DNA of 64,000 bases from a virus (Duplodnaviria; Caudoviricetes), in the IMG/VR virus record IMGVR_UViG_3300045595_000041, positions 26,206-90,205 of that record; one strand, given 5' to 3'. The first letter of the stretch is position 1. Each line of letters opens with the position of its first letter. Below the pieces are notes generated by a model. It saw only the letters and a list, made by a program, of their open reading frames with translations, had not been told where the DNA came from and did no database searches. The position numbers and the translations under genes are program-made. Shown here one piece after another: positions 1 through 10,268 of this stretch.

Positions 1-28
1 TGCTTTCGGTGACTCAAAGATACAGAGC

Positions 29-589
29 TTGGATGCTGATTATGCTAGATGCGAAGGGAAGATTCTTCGCTGCGTATCTGCTGGAAAAGGTCTTCTTGAC
101 GGCTCCTCTGGTGGCCCGTGGTCGTCTAATGCTTTGAATAGAGACGTCTTCTCATCGTATCTTCAGTCAATACAAGTCAAGCTGTCTAAAGCTTTCCAGC
201 CAAGAATAGACAAAGTAATCCATGAGCTTGGAATATGCAAGACAGATATCGATGTCAATGGCAAAGAGACGCCACATCTCACTAAGAATGGTAAGAAGAT
301 ATATGAGGAAGCGCATCTTTCATTCGACGATGGCATAATGAAGGATGCTAATCAGGTTCTTCAGACAGCTCTTACGCTTAAGAGCAATGGTGTGCCAATA
401 TCTACTGAGACTCTTGCATCGCTTGCAGACATCGGCATTAATGTGAATTCAGAGATGTCTAAGCTAAAGCAAGAGTCTGATCGCGTAGATGATTCTGGCA
501 TAGAAGACATAGTGGACATTGGAAATAGCGATGAGTCATCTATTGACGATGATGAACCGAAGTCTCCACTTAATAAGGATGCTCAATGA
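29..589 (+). CDS. Hypothetical phage protein (may begin upstream of the window)
   Basis: Open frame with acidic C-terminus, overlapping the next ORF by ATGA; no recognisable motif. Confidence 0.5.
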   Translation: MDADYARCEGKILRCVSAGKGLLDGSSGGPWSSNALNRDVFSSYLQSIQVKLSKAFQPRIDKVIHELGICKTDIDVNGKETPHLTKNGKKIYEEAHLSFDDGIMKDANQVLQTALTLKSNGVPISTETLASLADIGINVNSEMSKLKQESDRVDDSGIEDIVDIGNSDESSIDDDEPKSPLNKDAQ

Positions 590-1644
590 CTGACACGATA
601 CAACCATCTAGCTCTGACGTCATAAACACGCAAGTGACTATAACTGACGATGTTCAGAATAAAGTCTTCAAAGATCAGTCTATAAAGCATAGAGCAAAAG
701 TACGAGATCTGATTTCAGCTTCACTTGGAGCAGACCTTCCCGTAAGATTCTCATTCAGAAGATTCAACAGAAAAGCTGTCCAAGTCAATCAAGAAACTGT
801 CAAGATATCTGCTTTCAAAGAAGTTGAAGATGATTCTGGCAATGTGACAAGAACGCAAATCGTATCAGATGACGACAATATTTCATGGTTAGAGACTGGT
901 ACTGAAGCAGAATACTATCTAGACGCTCAGTATCTTGAAGATCCATGCACGATTGAAGTCATTCTTTCATGGCAGAATGGCTCTACTCCAAGATCTGCAA
1001 GGCAGTGGTCTATCTTCTATAGAGCAGAAGACTACATGTATGACTATCTAGCTCTGTCTGATGATGAGAAGCAGCTATGCCAGTCTGTAATGAACAGATT
1101 CTGGGCTCTGTTTGACAATCACTACGGACAAGGTCTTGTCAACCTCACCGAAGAAGTGCAGACCAACTTCAATCTAGACAAAGTCGCAAGAGCTATGAGA
1201 ATAGCTTGCAGCAAGATAGACATGTTCGGATACTCTACTCTTGACTTCTACATTGGAGAAGGCATTGGAACACCATTCCCAGCTCAATGGTATGTGCTTC
1301 TAGAAAATCAGACTATAGTAGAACTGATGAAACAGTTCACGTATGGATACCAGGAGGTTCCTATCCTTAACGGTATTCAAGGCGTAGCCTATGCAGACAG
1401 ATCTAGATATGCTGATGCGTGGCGTCAAAGCGTTAAAGAGATGGAAGCTGATATCGAAGCTATGAAGCCTGCATTCATAAGAGACAACCTGAATCTTACC
1501 GGTTCGTCTATTCTTGTTGGCGGCGGATACTATGGTGCAGGTGCAGGCTCGTTCTTGTCTAACAAGACACTTATAGCACTAAGATCTGGCGCATTCCTTG
1601 GTTCTTATCTCAATGTGAACACAGTAGTCAACACGAATTTCTAG
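586..1644 (+). CDS. Probable virion neck/head-tail adaptor-like protein
   Basis: 352 aa; C-terminal GSSILVGGGYYG segment reminiscent of neck proteins of large actinobacterial myoviruses; function is inference only. Confidence 0.35.
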   Translation: MTDTIQPSSSDVINTQVTITDDVQNKVFKDQSIKHRAKVRDLISASLGADLPVRFSFRRFNRKAVQVNQETVKISAFKEVEDDSGNVTRTQIVSDDDNISWLETGTEAEYYLDAQYLEDPCTIEVILSWQNGSTPRSARQWSIFYRAEDYMYDYLALSDDEKQLCQSVMNRFWALFDNHYGQGLVNLTEEVQTNFNLDKVARAMRIACSKIDMFGYSTLDFYIGEGIGTPFPAQWYVLLENQTIVELMKQFTYGYQEVPILNGIQGVAYADRSRYADAWRQSVKEMEADIEAMKPAFIRDNLNLTGSSILVGGGYYGAGAGSFLSNKTLIALRSGAFLGSYLNVNTVVNTNF

Positions 1645-1675
1645 ATTTTACATTGTTAACTATTTGATATATAAT
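1644..1675 (+). promoter_or_regulatory. Sigma70-like phage promoter, first of 19 copies (GATTTTACW-N17-TATAAT)
   Basis: -35 TTTAC(A/T) or TGTACA, 17-bp spacer, -10 TATAAT. Copies start at 1644, 4171, 6709, 9701, 15696, 17130, 20082, 21549, 26215, 28696, 29928, 33872, 35306, 39114, 42162, 44145, 46489, 59541 (+) and 59425-59456 (-), each upstream of a gene or RNA. Confidence 0.85.
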
Positions 1676-1702
1676 TATATTAACAAGTAAAAACTAAAAA
1701 GA

Positions 1703-3538
1703 ATGGAATCAGACATGCTTTCTGAGATAGAAGACAAGATACGAGAAGCTAACCGAGCTTATTATGCTGGCCATCCATTGATGACAGACGAAGAATATGA
1801 TGAGATGGTCGACAGCTCAGGTCTTCTTCAGTATCAGATCGACAAGATAAAGACAGAATCTGTAATTGTATCAGACAAGATAAAGCATTACCAGCCAATG
1901 ACTTCTTTGCCAAAAGTCAAAAGCAAAGATGCTTTGCAGGACGTCAATGGTCATAGGATATATCAGCTTAAGCTAGACGGCTCTTCATTAGAAGTGCATT
2001 ACGACTTCAATGGCAACTTCGATTATGCTGCATCACGAGGAGATTATGTCTATGGTGACAACAGGACTAAGCTAGTCATAGCTATGATAGCTCTCAACAA
2101 GATTCCGTCTACATTCAAGTATCATAGATGTGCTGTTCGCGGAGAGCTTATAGTAAGCAAAGAAGACATGTCTGTCCTTGGAAACGAGTTCATATCTCAG
2201 AGGTCTGCATCTTCAGGCATAGCAAATCGCAATGATCCATCATATGCCAAGTTCTTGACATTCATTCCATATGACATCGTTTTCGATGATGGCAGCAAGT
2301 GGCAATATGTCAATGATGACATAACATTCGACAGCTTCGAAAAAGCAGAAGCCGTGTTCAATTCAGAAGCATATCCATGTGATGGTGTAGTAGTCAAAGA
2401 CTATGATGATGATTATCATGAAGAGCTTAGAGGCATGAACTATGCTATGGCTTACAAGTTCGCTGACAAGCAAGTAGAGACTAGAATACGCGATGTCAAC
2501 TGGCAGATTGGCAAGACTGGAAAGCTTACGCCAGTAGCTAAGTTCGATATGGTGTTCATAGATGCTGAAGTGACAAGAGCTTCGCTTGGCTCATTAGAGC
2601 TTTTCAAGTCGCTAGATCTTCACTATGGAGACAAGATAGTAGTCAAGAAATCGAATATGGTCATACCGCAAGTAGTCAAGAATCTTGGTGGTGGCAAGAA
2701 CAAGATAGAAGCTCCAGAATGGTGGAATGGCAAGAAGACATTCATTCAAGGACAGCATCTCTACGGCTTCGACAGCGAAAGATGGAAGAAGATACTGTAT
2801 TCTCAGTCAAGCCAGCTTTTTGGTAAGGGAGTATCAGGTGGCATCGTAGATCTTTGCGTAGAAGAATACGAAGCTACTACTATCTTCGATATATACAAGA
2901 TATGCATGGATAGCAATTTCAAAGCTAAGTCTTATGGCGCCAAAAGGATAGAGAATCTTAGAGCAGCTGTCTCTGAGCTCAAGACTAAGAATGTTCTTGA
3001 CTTGCTTGACAGTGTTGGAATCGATGGGTTCTCATGGTCAAGATGCGTCAATATCGCAAAGAAAGCAGCTGAAGAAGCAAGACTGAAAGGCGTAAGCCAA
3101 AGTCAGTTCTTCATAGACTTGGTAGATCCGTATAGCTTCGCAATATCTATCGATGGCATTGGAGGCAGTCTTGCTAAGACGTTCTCAGATTCATATCAAG
3201 ATGTAAGAGACATATTATCAAGATTCATAGACACATTTGGCGAAGATGCTAAAGACTGGAACGAAGACATAGAAGTTAAGAAGTCTGTCATCGCAAGCGT
3301 ATGCGTTACAGGCAAGCTAGATTTGGGCAGGTCTAAAACTAGGTCTAGAATGAATTCTAATGGCATCGATGTTACTTCTGAAGTCGGCAAGCAGACAGAT
3401 TTCCTTGTCTGCGGCTCTAATCCTACAATGCGAAAAGTCAACGATGCAGAGAATGCTGGCATCAAGATACTGTATTGCACACTTACAGAAGAAGCAATAT
3501 CTCAGATAAAAGCTCTGAAACCGCTAGAAATAGCGTGA
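1703..3538 (+). CDS. ligA: NAD-dependent DNA ligase
   Basis: N-terminal YY...MTDEEYD, adenylation motif KLDG, RGE, DGVVVK, AYKF, WQIGKTGKLTPVA OB domain, C-terminal BRCT (VCVTG...TDFLVCG). Confidence 0.93.
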   Translation: MESDMLSEIEDKIREANRAYYAGHPLMTDEEYDEMVDSSGLLQYQIDKIKTESVIVSDKIKHYQPMTSLPKVKSKDALQDVNGHRIYQLKLDGSSLEVHYDFNGNFDYAASRGDYVYGDNRTKLVIAMIALNKIPSTFKYHRCAVRGELIVSKEDMSVLGNEFISQRSASSGIANRNDPSYAKFLTFIPYDIVFDDGSKWQYVNDDITFDSFEKAEAVFNSEAYPCDGVVVKDYDDDYHEELRGMNYAMAYKFADKQVETRIRDVNWQIGKTGKLTPVAKFDMVFIDAEVTRASLGSLELFKSLDLHYGDKIVVKKSNMVIPQVVKNLGGGKNKIEAPEWWNGKKTFIQGQHLYGFDSERWKKILYSQSSQLFGKGVSGGIVDLCVEEYEATTIFDIYKICMDSNFKAKSYGAKRIENLRAAVSELKTKNVLDLLDSVGIDGFSWSRCVNIAKKAAEEARLKGVSQSQFFIDLVDPYSFAISIDGIGGSLAKTFSDSYQDVRDILSRFIDTFGEDAKDWNEDIEVKKSVIASVCVTGKLDLGRSKTRSRMNSNGIDVTSEVGKQTDFLVCGSNPTMRKVNDAENAGIKILYCTLTEEAISQIKALKPLEIA

Positions 3539-3555
3539 AAGAAGAAAGGCAGAAA

Positions 3556-4011
3556 ATGCAGAATATAGATGGATTGTTCGTATCAGATTCGAAAGTCAAT
3601 CTAATGCCGTCAGAACGACTTGACATAAAGAATGCTATTGAAGCAGAATCGAACAGCTATCAGACGAAGTCTTCATTTGATGCAGCAGATTCAGCAAATG
3701 CTATCGAAAGCTCTGCAAGGCATTTTGCAGAAAGATTGATAAGCAGAATCAACAGCATTGGATATCAGTGCTTCGTATCATCCAACATAAAGGATGAAGA
3801 CAACTGGACTATGTATTCTGATGGCACTATGATGTGGACGCCTAAAGTCAATCTTCTTGGCAGATATGATGCTAAGAAAGCTAAGCAAGAGACAGACTAT
3901 GACAAGCTTCAGTGGCAATGTCAGCATGGGTATGTCGATGGGAAGGTTGGAAAGCTTAAAGGTGGCAATGATTGGACTGATGATGTAGACAAGACAAGCG
4001 TATTATTCTAG
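3556..4011 (+). CDS. Hypothetical protein
   Basis: ORF 3475..4011; likely start at ATG 3556 after AAGG. Confidence 0.6.
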   Translation: MQNIDGLFVSDSKVNLMPSERLDIKNAIEAESNSYQTKSSFDAADSANAIESSARHFAERLISRINSIGYQCFVSSNIKDEDNWTMYSDGTMMWTPKVNLLGRYDAKKAKQETDYDKLQWQCQHGYVDGKVGKLKGGNDWTDDVDKTSVLF

Positions 4012-4016
4012 AAATT

Positions 4017-4102
4017 ACGACGTTTATCTCTAGTGACTTAGAATTGCAAGTGTATATAATTAATAACACTTAATATCGTAAGTCACTAGAGAACAACGTC
4101 GT
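4017..4102 (+). repeat. 86-bp imperfect palindrome, copy 1
   Basis: ACGACGTTTATCTCTAGTGACTTA...TATATAATTAATAA...TAAGTCACTAGAGAACAACGTCGT. Confidence 0.95.
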
Positions 4103-4242
4103 TAATCTGATTGTATGTCTGATTAATATGCAATATATGAATGTAGACTACATGCAGTCAGCAAGATGCTGATTTTACTTTCGTTAATAGTTGTTATATA
4201 ATATAAATACATTGAAAAATGAACAGGAAGGAATGACATATT

Positions 4243-5196
4243 ATGACTGTTAAGTCTCGCTCTAAGAAATTCGAAGTTAATGATTCTCGCTTTCCAAATG
4301 AGCGTATCAAGAATAGAAGCAATGTCGTCAATGATTTGACCGCTATCGATGTCAATCTAAGATACATGCCGACATGGGAAGAAGCTAAAGCTTTTCTTCC
4401 AGATGCTATCATGTCGACATGGGCTGCTAAATCAGATGAGTATGACTTCACTGAGCATCAGAAAGATGCTCTTATGTATAGAGCACTACGAAAGAAGTTC
4501 CTACCTCAATATCTAGAATTCGTTAACGTAGTGTTTTCTGTCGATGGAATGACAGCACACGATCTTTCACATACATTGCGAAACAGGAATGCTTCTTTTG
4601 CAGTAGAATGCACAGGCGACAATTACAAGAATCGCAATGATGTTTCTATGCCAGAAGCCTATAAGGAGCTTGGCTTATCGCATGAGTATGAAGCGCTTGC
4701 TACGCTTCAAATGGATCTGTATGCTAAAGCAATCAATTCTGGTATGAGTGTGCAAGATGCAAGACTTATCTTGCCAAGAGGCATCCATCAGTTCGTAATG
4801 ATGAGGATGACACTTGGCAATGCTCTTGGTCTTATTGCTCAGAGAATTGATCTGCAGATCCAGCCGAAAAGTGACAATCTAATGGCACTTCAGCTTGCAG
4901 TTGCTATGTGTAAGAAATGGCCATTGCTTGCAACTCTTATTGATTTTGATGACACTAACTGGTACTATGTCAAAGAGACTACGACCAACTTTGCTTCTAG
5001 ATTCTTCAAGCCACTTCCGCAAAATGACAAGTTCGAGAACGATGACATTGAATTCAAATTCGATGCAGACCCTCTGCATATCCCAGGTCAGAAGACATTC
5101 ATCAAGTTGCTGAATAAGTACAAAGATGAATTGCTAGCAATCAGAAAGCAAGCAGAAGCAGATTATCCATGGGTTTTCGATGAGGACTATCGCTGA
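4243..5196 (+). CDS. thyX: ThyX-fold (FAD-dependent thymidylate synthase-like) protein, divergent
   Basis: LEFVNVVFSVDG, LRNRNASF (variant of RHRxxS), QDARLILP, R...Q motifs; own promoter at 4171. Confidence 0.75.
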   Translation: MTVKSRSKKFEVNDSRFPNERIKNRSNVVNDLTAIDVNLRYMPTWEEAKAFLPDAIMSTWAAKSDEYDFTEHQKDALMYRALRKKFLPQYLEFVNVVFSVDGMTAHDLSHTLRNRNASFAVECTGDNYKNRNDVSMPEAYKELGLSHEYEALATLQMDLYAKAINSGMSVQDARLILPRGIHQFVMMRMTLGNALGLIAQRIDLQIQPKSDNLMALQLAVAMCKKWPLLATLIDFDDTNWYYVKETTTNFASRFFKPLPQNDKFENDDIEFKFDADPLHIPGQKTFIKLLNKYKDELLAIRKQAEADYPWVFDEDYR

Positions 5197-5219
5197 TTTA
5201 GCTGTCTGGAGTCTCTATC

Positions 5220-6710
5220 ATGGCATATGACAAGGTCAAGAAAGCATGTCTTTCGCATAAGTTCTTAGAGCTTTTCTCTGATGATGATGAAGTGCTGTAT
5301 GCTATGAAAGAGACGCCTAAGGCAGTGCTTCTGAAAGGCATTGCAACAGAGTCTTGGGTTCCGAAGTCATGCATATCAGAAGCGAATGCTATCGATTTTG
5401 ATTCTATGTATTCTTCTCAGGAGAAGAGCATAAAATTTCCGATCAAGCATGACACAGAACACAAGTATAAGAACGTGCTTGCTTTGCCTCTGTATCAGCA
5501 TCAGCAAGATGTCGTCAAGACGTTGAAAGACAGTCGTCATTCATATCTTGGCATGGAGATGGGCACAGGAAAGACTGCTTCATCTCTTGCTCATATTGCT
5601 ATACAGAAGCAGAAGTATCCAATACAAATCATATGCGAAAAAGGCCTGATGTCCCAGTGGAAGAGCGAAATACACAAGTTTGCTCCAGACCTAGAAGACA
5701 GAGTAAGAATCATAAACTACGACAAGATATTTCGAGATTCTTGCAAAGCGTATCTTTCAGAATTGAAGAAGAATCGCTACTTTCTTATACTTGAAGAAGT
5801 TTCTTGTCTAGGACATATAGAAGCTAAGAGAACGCAGAAGTCTATAGAGCTAGCTAAGAATGCTTTTGATGTTCAGATGCTTTCAGGCTCTTTCTACGGC
5901 GGCAAACTAGAGCAATTCTATCCAGTCTTCACTATTCAGGGCTTTACTGGCTCTAAAGAGCAATTTGAGAGCATGTTCACAATAAAGATTCCTAGTGTCA
6001 AATCTGTAAGGACTAGATACGGATACACTAAAATCAAAGACGAAAGAATTATCGGATATAAGAACATTGATTTGATGCTCAAAAAGTCTTCTAAATCTGG
6101 AGCTGTGTATCTTAAGACAGAAGACTGCATAGACTTGCCTGAGACAGTCATATCTAGCGTATATGTAGCATTAGACAGGAAAGCAGTGAAGTATGAAGGT
6201 GCATTCTACAAGCTGCAGAACACTATTGACGACAATGAAAAAAGAGGCATGCTCGCTAAGATAAAGCACATGAATTCTTGCGCAGACAACAAGCACAAGC
6301 TTGATGCTATAGAAGCTCTTCTTAGCAAGTCATCAGATCGCTTTGTCATAATGTATTCGCTTGTAGATGAATTAGACGCACTTAAGAGAATTTGCAAGAA
6401 AGCTAATCGAAAAGTATCAGAATGGAATGGTTCTGTAAAAGACAGAACTGCTTTCGACAAGTATGACAATTCTGTGATGCTAGTCCAATGGCAGTCTGGT
6501 GCGAAAGGGCTGAATCTTCAGAAAGCAAACAAGATGATATTCACTTCTCCAATACCATCAGATGCTTACATACAAGCAAAGAAGAGAATACACAGGATCG
6601 GCCAGAAAAGAAAATGCTTCTATTGGCTTATCTGCTCTGATGACAGATTCGAAAGAAACAGGTATGAGCAGCTCTTCAAGTCTGAAGAAAGAGTCAATTC
6701 TATCGGCTGA
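5220..6710 (+). CDS. SNF2/SF2-type helicase
   Basis: LYQHQ Q-motif, MEMGTGKT Walker A, SGAKGLNLQ, QAKKRIHRIGQ motif VI. Confidence 0.85.
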   Translation: MAYDKVKKACLSHKFLELFSDDDEVLYAMKETPKAVLLKGIATESWVPKSCISEANAIDFDSMYSSQEKSIKFPIKHDTEHKYKNVLALPLYQHQQDVVKTLKDSRHSYLGMEMGTGKTASSLAHIAIQKQKYPIQIICEKGLMSQWKSEIHKFAPDLEDRVRIINYDKIFRDSCKAYLSELKKNRYFLILEEVSCLGHIEAKRTQKSIELAKNAFDVQMLSGSFYGGKLEQFYPVFTIQGFTGSKEQFESMFTIKIPSVKSVRTRYGYTKIKDERIIGYKNIDLMLKKSSKSGAVYLKTEDCIDLPETVISSVYVALDRKAVKYEGAFYKLQNTIDDNEKRGMLAKIKHMNSCADNKHKLDAIEALLSKSSDRFVIMYSLVDELDALKRICKKANRKVSEWNGSVKDRTAFDKYDNSVMLVQWQSGAKGLNLQKANKMIFTSPIPSDAYIQAKKRIHRIGQKRKCFYWLICSDDRFERNRYEQLFKSEERVNSIG

Positions 6711-6776
6711 TTTTACATTGCTAAAAATATGGTATATAATATAACTAATTAACCTATTAAGGAAAGGTTCTTAGTT

Positions 6777-7292
6777 ATGGCAGACTCAGGTATATTCGTA
6801 AATAACAAGAATATGTCGTTTGAGGACTTTGGTGAAGACTCAAGAATATTCGATATTGACATGTCTGCATCTAAAGAGAAAGATCGTCTTAAGTCCGATG
6901 GATGGGCTATCTTGAAAGATGGTTTGACTAATTCTTTGCTATACAAAGAAGAGAACGGCATAAGTTGCTTTCAAAGAGTCATATCTGCTGGCGATGTAGA
7001 TGTCAATAGGATGTTCAAAGAAGACATTCCATTCTGTAAGCAATACATGTCAGACAATAGCGTTGGCAAGTCGTATTTTGAATATCTTCCAGTCATTCTA
7101 GTTCTTAAGAACACTAAGACTACTAGACGTGGTGGAATACGAAAAGTCAATATCAAAGAGAATGACGCAAAAGTTGTAGGCTTTGATTCTTCAAGGCTTT
7201 CAGTATATGATGAAGAACCAGACGATGTGTGTCCAGTATGCTTCATGATACGAGCAAATGGCCACTGCTTTTGCGATGGCATAGCATTTTAA
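6777..7292 (+). CDS. Hypothetical protein with C-terminal Zn-finger
   Basis: CPVCF...GHCFC; promoter at 6709 and AAGGAAAGG RBS. Confidence 0.6.
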   Translation: MADSGIFVNNKNMSFEDFGEDSRIFDIDMSASKEKDRLKSDGWAILKDGLTNSLLYKEENGISCFQRVISAGDVDVNRMFKEDIPFCKQYMSDNSVGKSYFEYLPVILVLKNTKTTRRGGIRKVNIKENDAKVVGFDSSRLSVYDEEPDDVCPVCFMIRANGHCFCDGIAF

Positions 7293-7323
7293 TATCAAAA
7301 ACAACAACAAAAAAGGAATCGCA

Positions 7324-8016
7324 ATGAAAAGAAAAGACAAAGTCTGCGACATGTCATTATTCAGCATTCAGTCTATAGACGACTGGGATGTAAATGACAT
7401 CATAGATTATGCTGGGTTTGATAGTGAGACTTATGCAAAGCTTGATGATGCAGTTATTCCTAAGATGTACAGACTTTTCAACGTATGGCCTTTAGCAGAT
7501 GCTCAGAAGCTTGTCAGTGATGTCAAGGAAGAGTATTCTAGGTCGAATCTGAAAGACATCGTAGTAGACAACAGCATCTATATCTCGGAAGAGATTGACA
7601 TGCTAAGCGTAAGCAAAGCATTGAGCATCAGCAACAAAGACAAAGTATTCCGAGTAGATGACTTCAATATTATGAAATCATTCGATAAAGCGTCTGTAAG
7701 AGCTCCAAAGACTAATGAAGAGCTTTCTGAAGCGAAGTATTCAGCTTTTGACAGAATCATGAAAGATTTTGACAATCGAAGGTTTCAGAAGTCTGCTGTA
7801 GAGAATGCTAAAGAATCGTTAGAGTTTGCTATTCATGACTATTTAGAGAATGCAATCTGTCGGTATGATGAATACGGTTTGCTAATGATTAGAGGTCTGC
7901 ATCAAGCAGAATACTTCATTCGCAAAATCGTCGGCAAAAGGAATTTCTCTGAGAACACATGGAAGATGCTTTCTTTCGCTTATGCGATTGATGAGAGGAA
8001 GTATTCTGGTGACTAA
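7324..8016 (+). CDS. Hypothetical protein
   Basis: 230-aa ORF with AAGGA RBS. Confidence 0.6.
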   Translation: MKRKDKVCDMSLFSIQSIDDWDVNDIIDYAGFDSETYAKLDDAVIPKMYRLFNVWPLADAQKLVSDVKEEYSRSNLKDIVVDNSIYISEEIDMLSVSKALSISNKDKVFRVDDFNIMKSFDKASVRAPKTNEELSEAKYSAFDRIMKDFDNRRFQKSAVENAKESLEFAIHDYLENAICRYDEYGLLMIRGLHQAEYFIRKIVGKRNFSENTWKMLSFAYAIDERKYSGD

Positions 8017-8854
8017 AGCTACGCCAAGAGACTACTTCAAGAATATAGATGCAGCCTACATCAATCTAGATGTTGCTGTAGAAAGACGAGAAGCGATAGA
8101 GAATTCTTTTGCTAATGTCTTCAGAAGTCTAACAAGGGTTGTTCCAATAGACTTCAAAGACAAGTTTGCTGTTGGTGTAGATACCAAGTTGCGGCTTATG
8201 GACGCTTTGCAGAACTATGATGAAAAAGGGTATTTCAAGTGTTCTGATCAGTATAGAATAGAAGACATGGACAGTTTCAAGCATAGAAAGAACGATTGCG
8301 AATATGTCAATTCTGTCTGGACACCTGAACAATATGCTGCTCAAGAAAGCTTGTCTCAAACATACAAGCAAATTCTTAAAGACTTTCTAGCTAGCAAGCT
8401 AGAACATATCATGATTTTCGAAGATGATGCACGTGCTAGAGATTTTATGAATGACGAAATAGATATTCCTGATGATGCAGAAATTCTAGCATGGGGTGGA
8501 GCTACATCTTCTACTCAGACAGATGCTAAGCGTTTTGCAAATACAGAATCTTTTCATTTTCGTAGAGTAAGTGGCAAACGTACAGCATGGTATTTTACAG
8601 CTTATGAATTCACAAGAAGTGGCGCTACTAAGCTTCTTGAAGATTTTGAATCAGTTCCTGCATATACTACAGATACGATTGTCAGATATACTTTAGATAG
8701 GTCGATTGCTTATCATCTTATTCCAATGGGCTTTGTGCAAGGTGGTTCATCATATCTTGCAAGAGAAGGTGTTCAGATGCCATTGACTAGAGAAGAAGCA
8801 AAGACTTACAATCTGCAAAACATCATTAAGCCTAAAAGCAATAATTCGAAATAG
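7982..8854 (+). CDS. Glycosyltransferase family 25-like, paralog 1
   Basis: YINLDVAVERR and MIFEDDA motifs typical of GT25. Confidence 0.75.
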   Translation: MRLMRGSILVTKATPRDYFKNIDAAYINLDVAVERREAIENSFANVFRSLTRVVPIDFKDKFAVGVDTKLRLMDALQNYDEKGYFKCSDQYRIEDMDSFKHRKNDCEYVNSVWTPEQYAAQESLSQTYKQILKDFLASKLEHIMIFEDDARARDFMNDEIDIPDDAEILAWGGATSSTQTDAKRFANTESFHFRRVSGKRTAWYFTAYEFTRSGATKLLEDFESVPAYTTDTIVRYTLDRSIAYHLIPMGFVQGGSSYLAREGVQMPLTREEAKTYNLQNIIKPKSNNSK

Positions 8855-8873
8855 AACGAATGGAAATATTGGA

Positions 8874-9731
8874 ATGACTGTCATGAGACCTGCTGACTAC
8901 TTCAAGACAATTGATGCAGTGTACATCAATCTAGATGTTGCCACAGAAAGACGAGCCTCTATAGAACACGATTTTGGCAATGCATTCAGAAGTCTTACAA
9001 GAGTAGAGCCTGTTCATTTCGACGACATGTTTTCAGCCGGTGTAGATGCTAAAATCAGGCTTATGGAATCTGCTAAAAGCTATGATGAAAAAGGATATTT
9101 CAAATGTTCAGAGCAATACAAGGAGATAAGTGCTGATCGTTTCAAGAAGCGAAAAGGTGGCAGCGTCCATGCTAATTCTGTATGGACACCAGAACAGTAT
9201 GCTGCACAAGAAAGCCTGTCTCAAACATCTAGAAAGATATTGCAAGCTTTTCTTAACACGTCTTTAAGTAGTTTGATGATTCTTGAAGATGATGCTCGCG
9301 CTAGAGATTTCATGAATCAAGAACTTGACATTCCAGATGCAGATATATTAGTGTGGGGTGGGGCTGTTACATCTGCGCAGTCAGACGCAGACAGATTCGC
9401 TAAGACAAAATCATTCAGCTTCACCAAGATCAATGGAAAGCATAGCTCTTGGTATACAACAGCATATGAAGTGTCAAGACTTGGTGCAGCTAAGCTTCTT
9501 GAAGAGTATCTTGCTCGTCCTGCTTACACTACAGATACAGTATGGCGATATGCTTTTGATGAAGTAGACACATACAGGCTTTCACCAATGGGCTTTGTTC
9601 AGGGAGCGTCATCATATCTAGCTGATGCAGGCGTAGCAATGCCATTGACTAGAGATGAAGCTGCAGCGTATTGCTTCGAAGACATGACACATCGGACTAG
9701 GATTGTACAAAAGAACAGAATGGTTATATAA
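8874..9731 (+). CDS. Glycosyltransferase family 25-like, paralog 2
   Basis: YINLDVATERR, MILEDDA; colinear and highly similar to the previous ORF (shared NSVWTPEQYAAQESLSQT). Confidence 0.75.
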   Translation: MTVMRPADYFKTIDAVYINLDVATERRASIEHDFGNAFRSLTRVEPVHFDDMFSAGVDAKIRLMESAKSYDEKGYFKCSEQYKEISADRFKKRKGGSVHANSVWTPEQYAAQESLSQTSRKILQAFLNTSLSSLMILEDDARARDFMNQELDIPDADILVWGGAVTSAQSDADRFAKTKSFSFTKINGKHSSWYTTAYEVSRLGAAKLLEEYLARPAYTTDTVWRYAFDEVDTYRLSPMGFVQGASSYLADAGVAMPLTRDEAAAYCFEDMTHRTRIVQKNRMVI

Positions 9732-9794
9732 TTATAAATATAAGGATTAAGAAGATTCCTTAGAATAACTTCTACAAAAAAGAAAGAATCACGA

Positions 9795-10268
9795 ATGATT
9801 CCATACGTTGAATTGATTGGTCCAGACAGGTCTGGAAAGTCAACTATACTAAATTGTTTCAGAAAACGTCTTGGAAAAGACAAATTCTCTTTTGAGTTCA
9901 TTCAAGACAGAGGCATTGCAGATAGCATTGTTCTTGATGCTTATTTCGATAGAACTAATGAAGATGTTCTTGATGAAAGACTAGCTTTTCTTGAATCTGC
10001 AAAGCAGCATTACGAAATCATCTATGTGCATTCTAGTGCACCTATTCTTCAAGATAGAGTAGATGAAGAATTTGACAAAACTGATGCAGAAGACAGTTTC
10101 ATGAATAAAGTCAAAGTTGATTCTAGCAAGCAATTAGAGCTTTATGACTTCTATTATGGTATGTTCAAGTCTTTCATGCCATTCGTTTTCGAATACGATA
10201 CTGAGTCGCATTCTACTGATTTCATTGTAGACGAATTGCTGAAGAATAGAAAAGAAAAGGATTCGTAG
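9795..10268 (+). CDS. dNMP/thymidylate kinase-like P-loop protein
   Basis: ELIGPDRSGKST Walker A and IQDR motif. Confidence 0.75.
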   Translation: MIPYVELIGPDRSGKSTILNCFRKRLGKDKFSFEFIQDRGIADSIVLDAYFDRTNEDVLDERLAFLESAKQHYEIIYVHSSAPILQDRVDEEFDKTDAEDSFMNKVKVDSSKQLELYDFYYGMFKSFMPFVFEYDTESHSTDFIVDELLKNRKEKDS

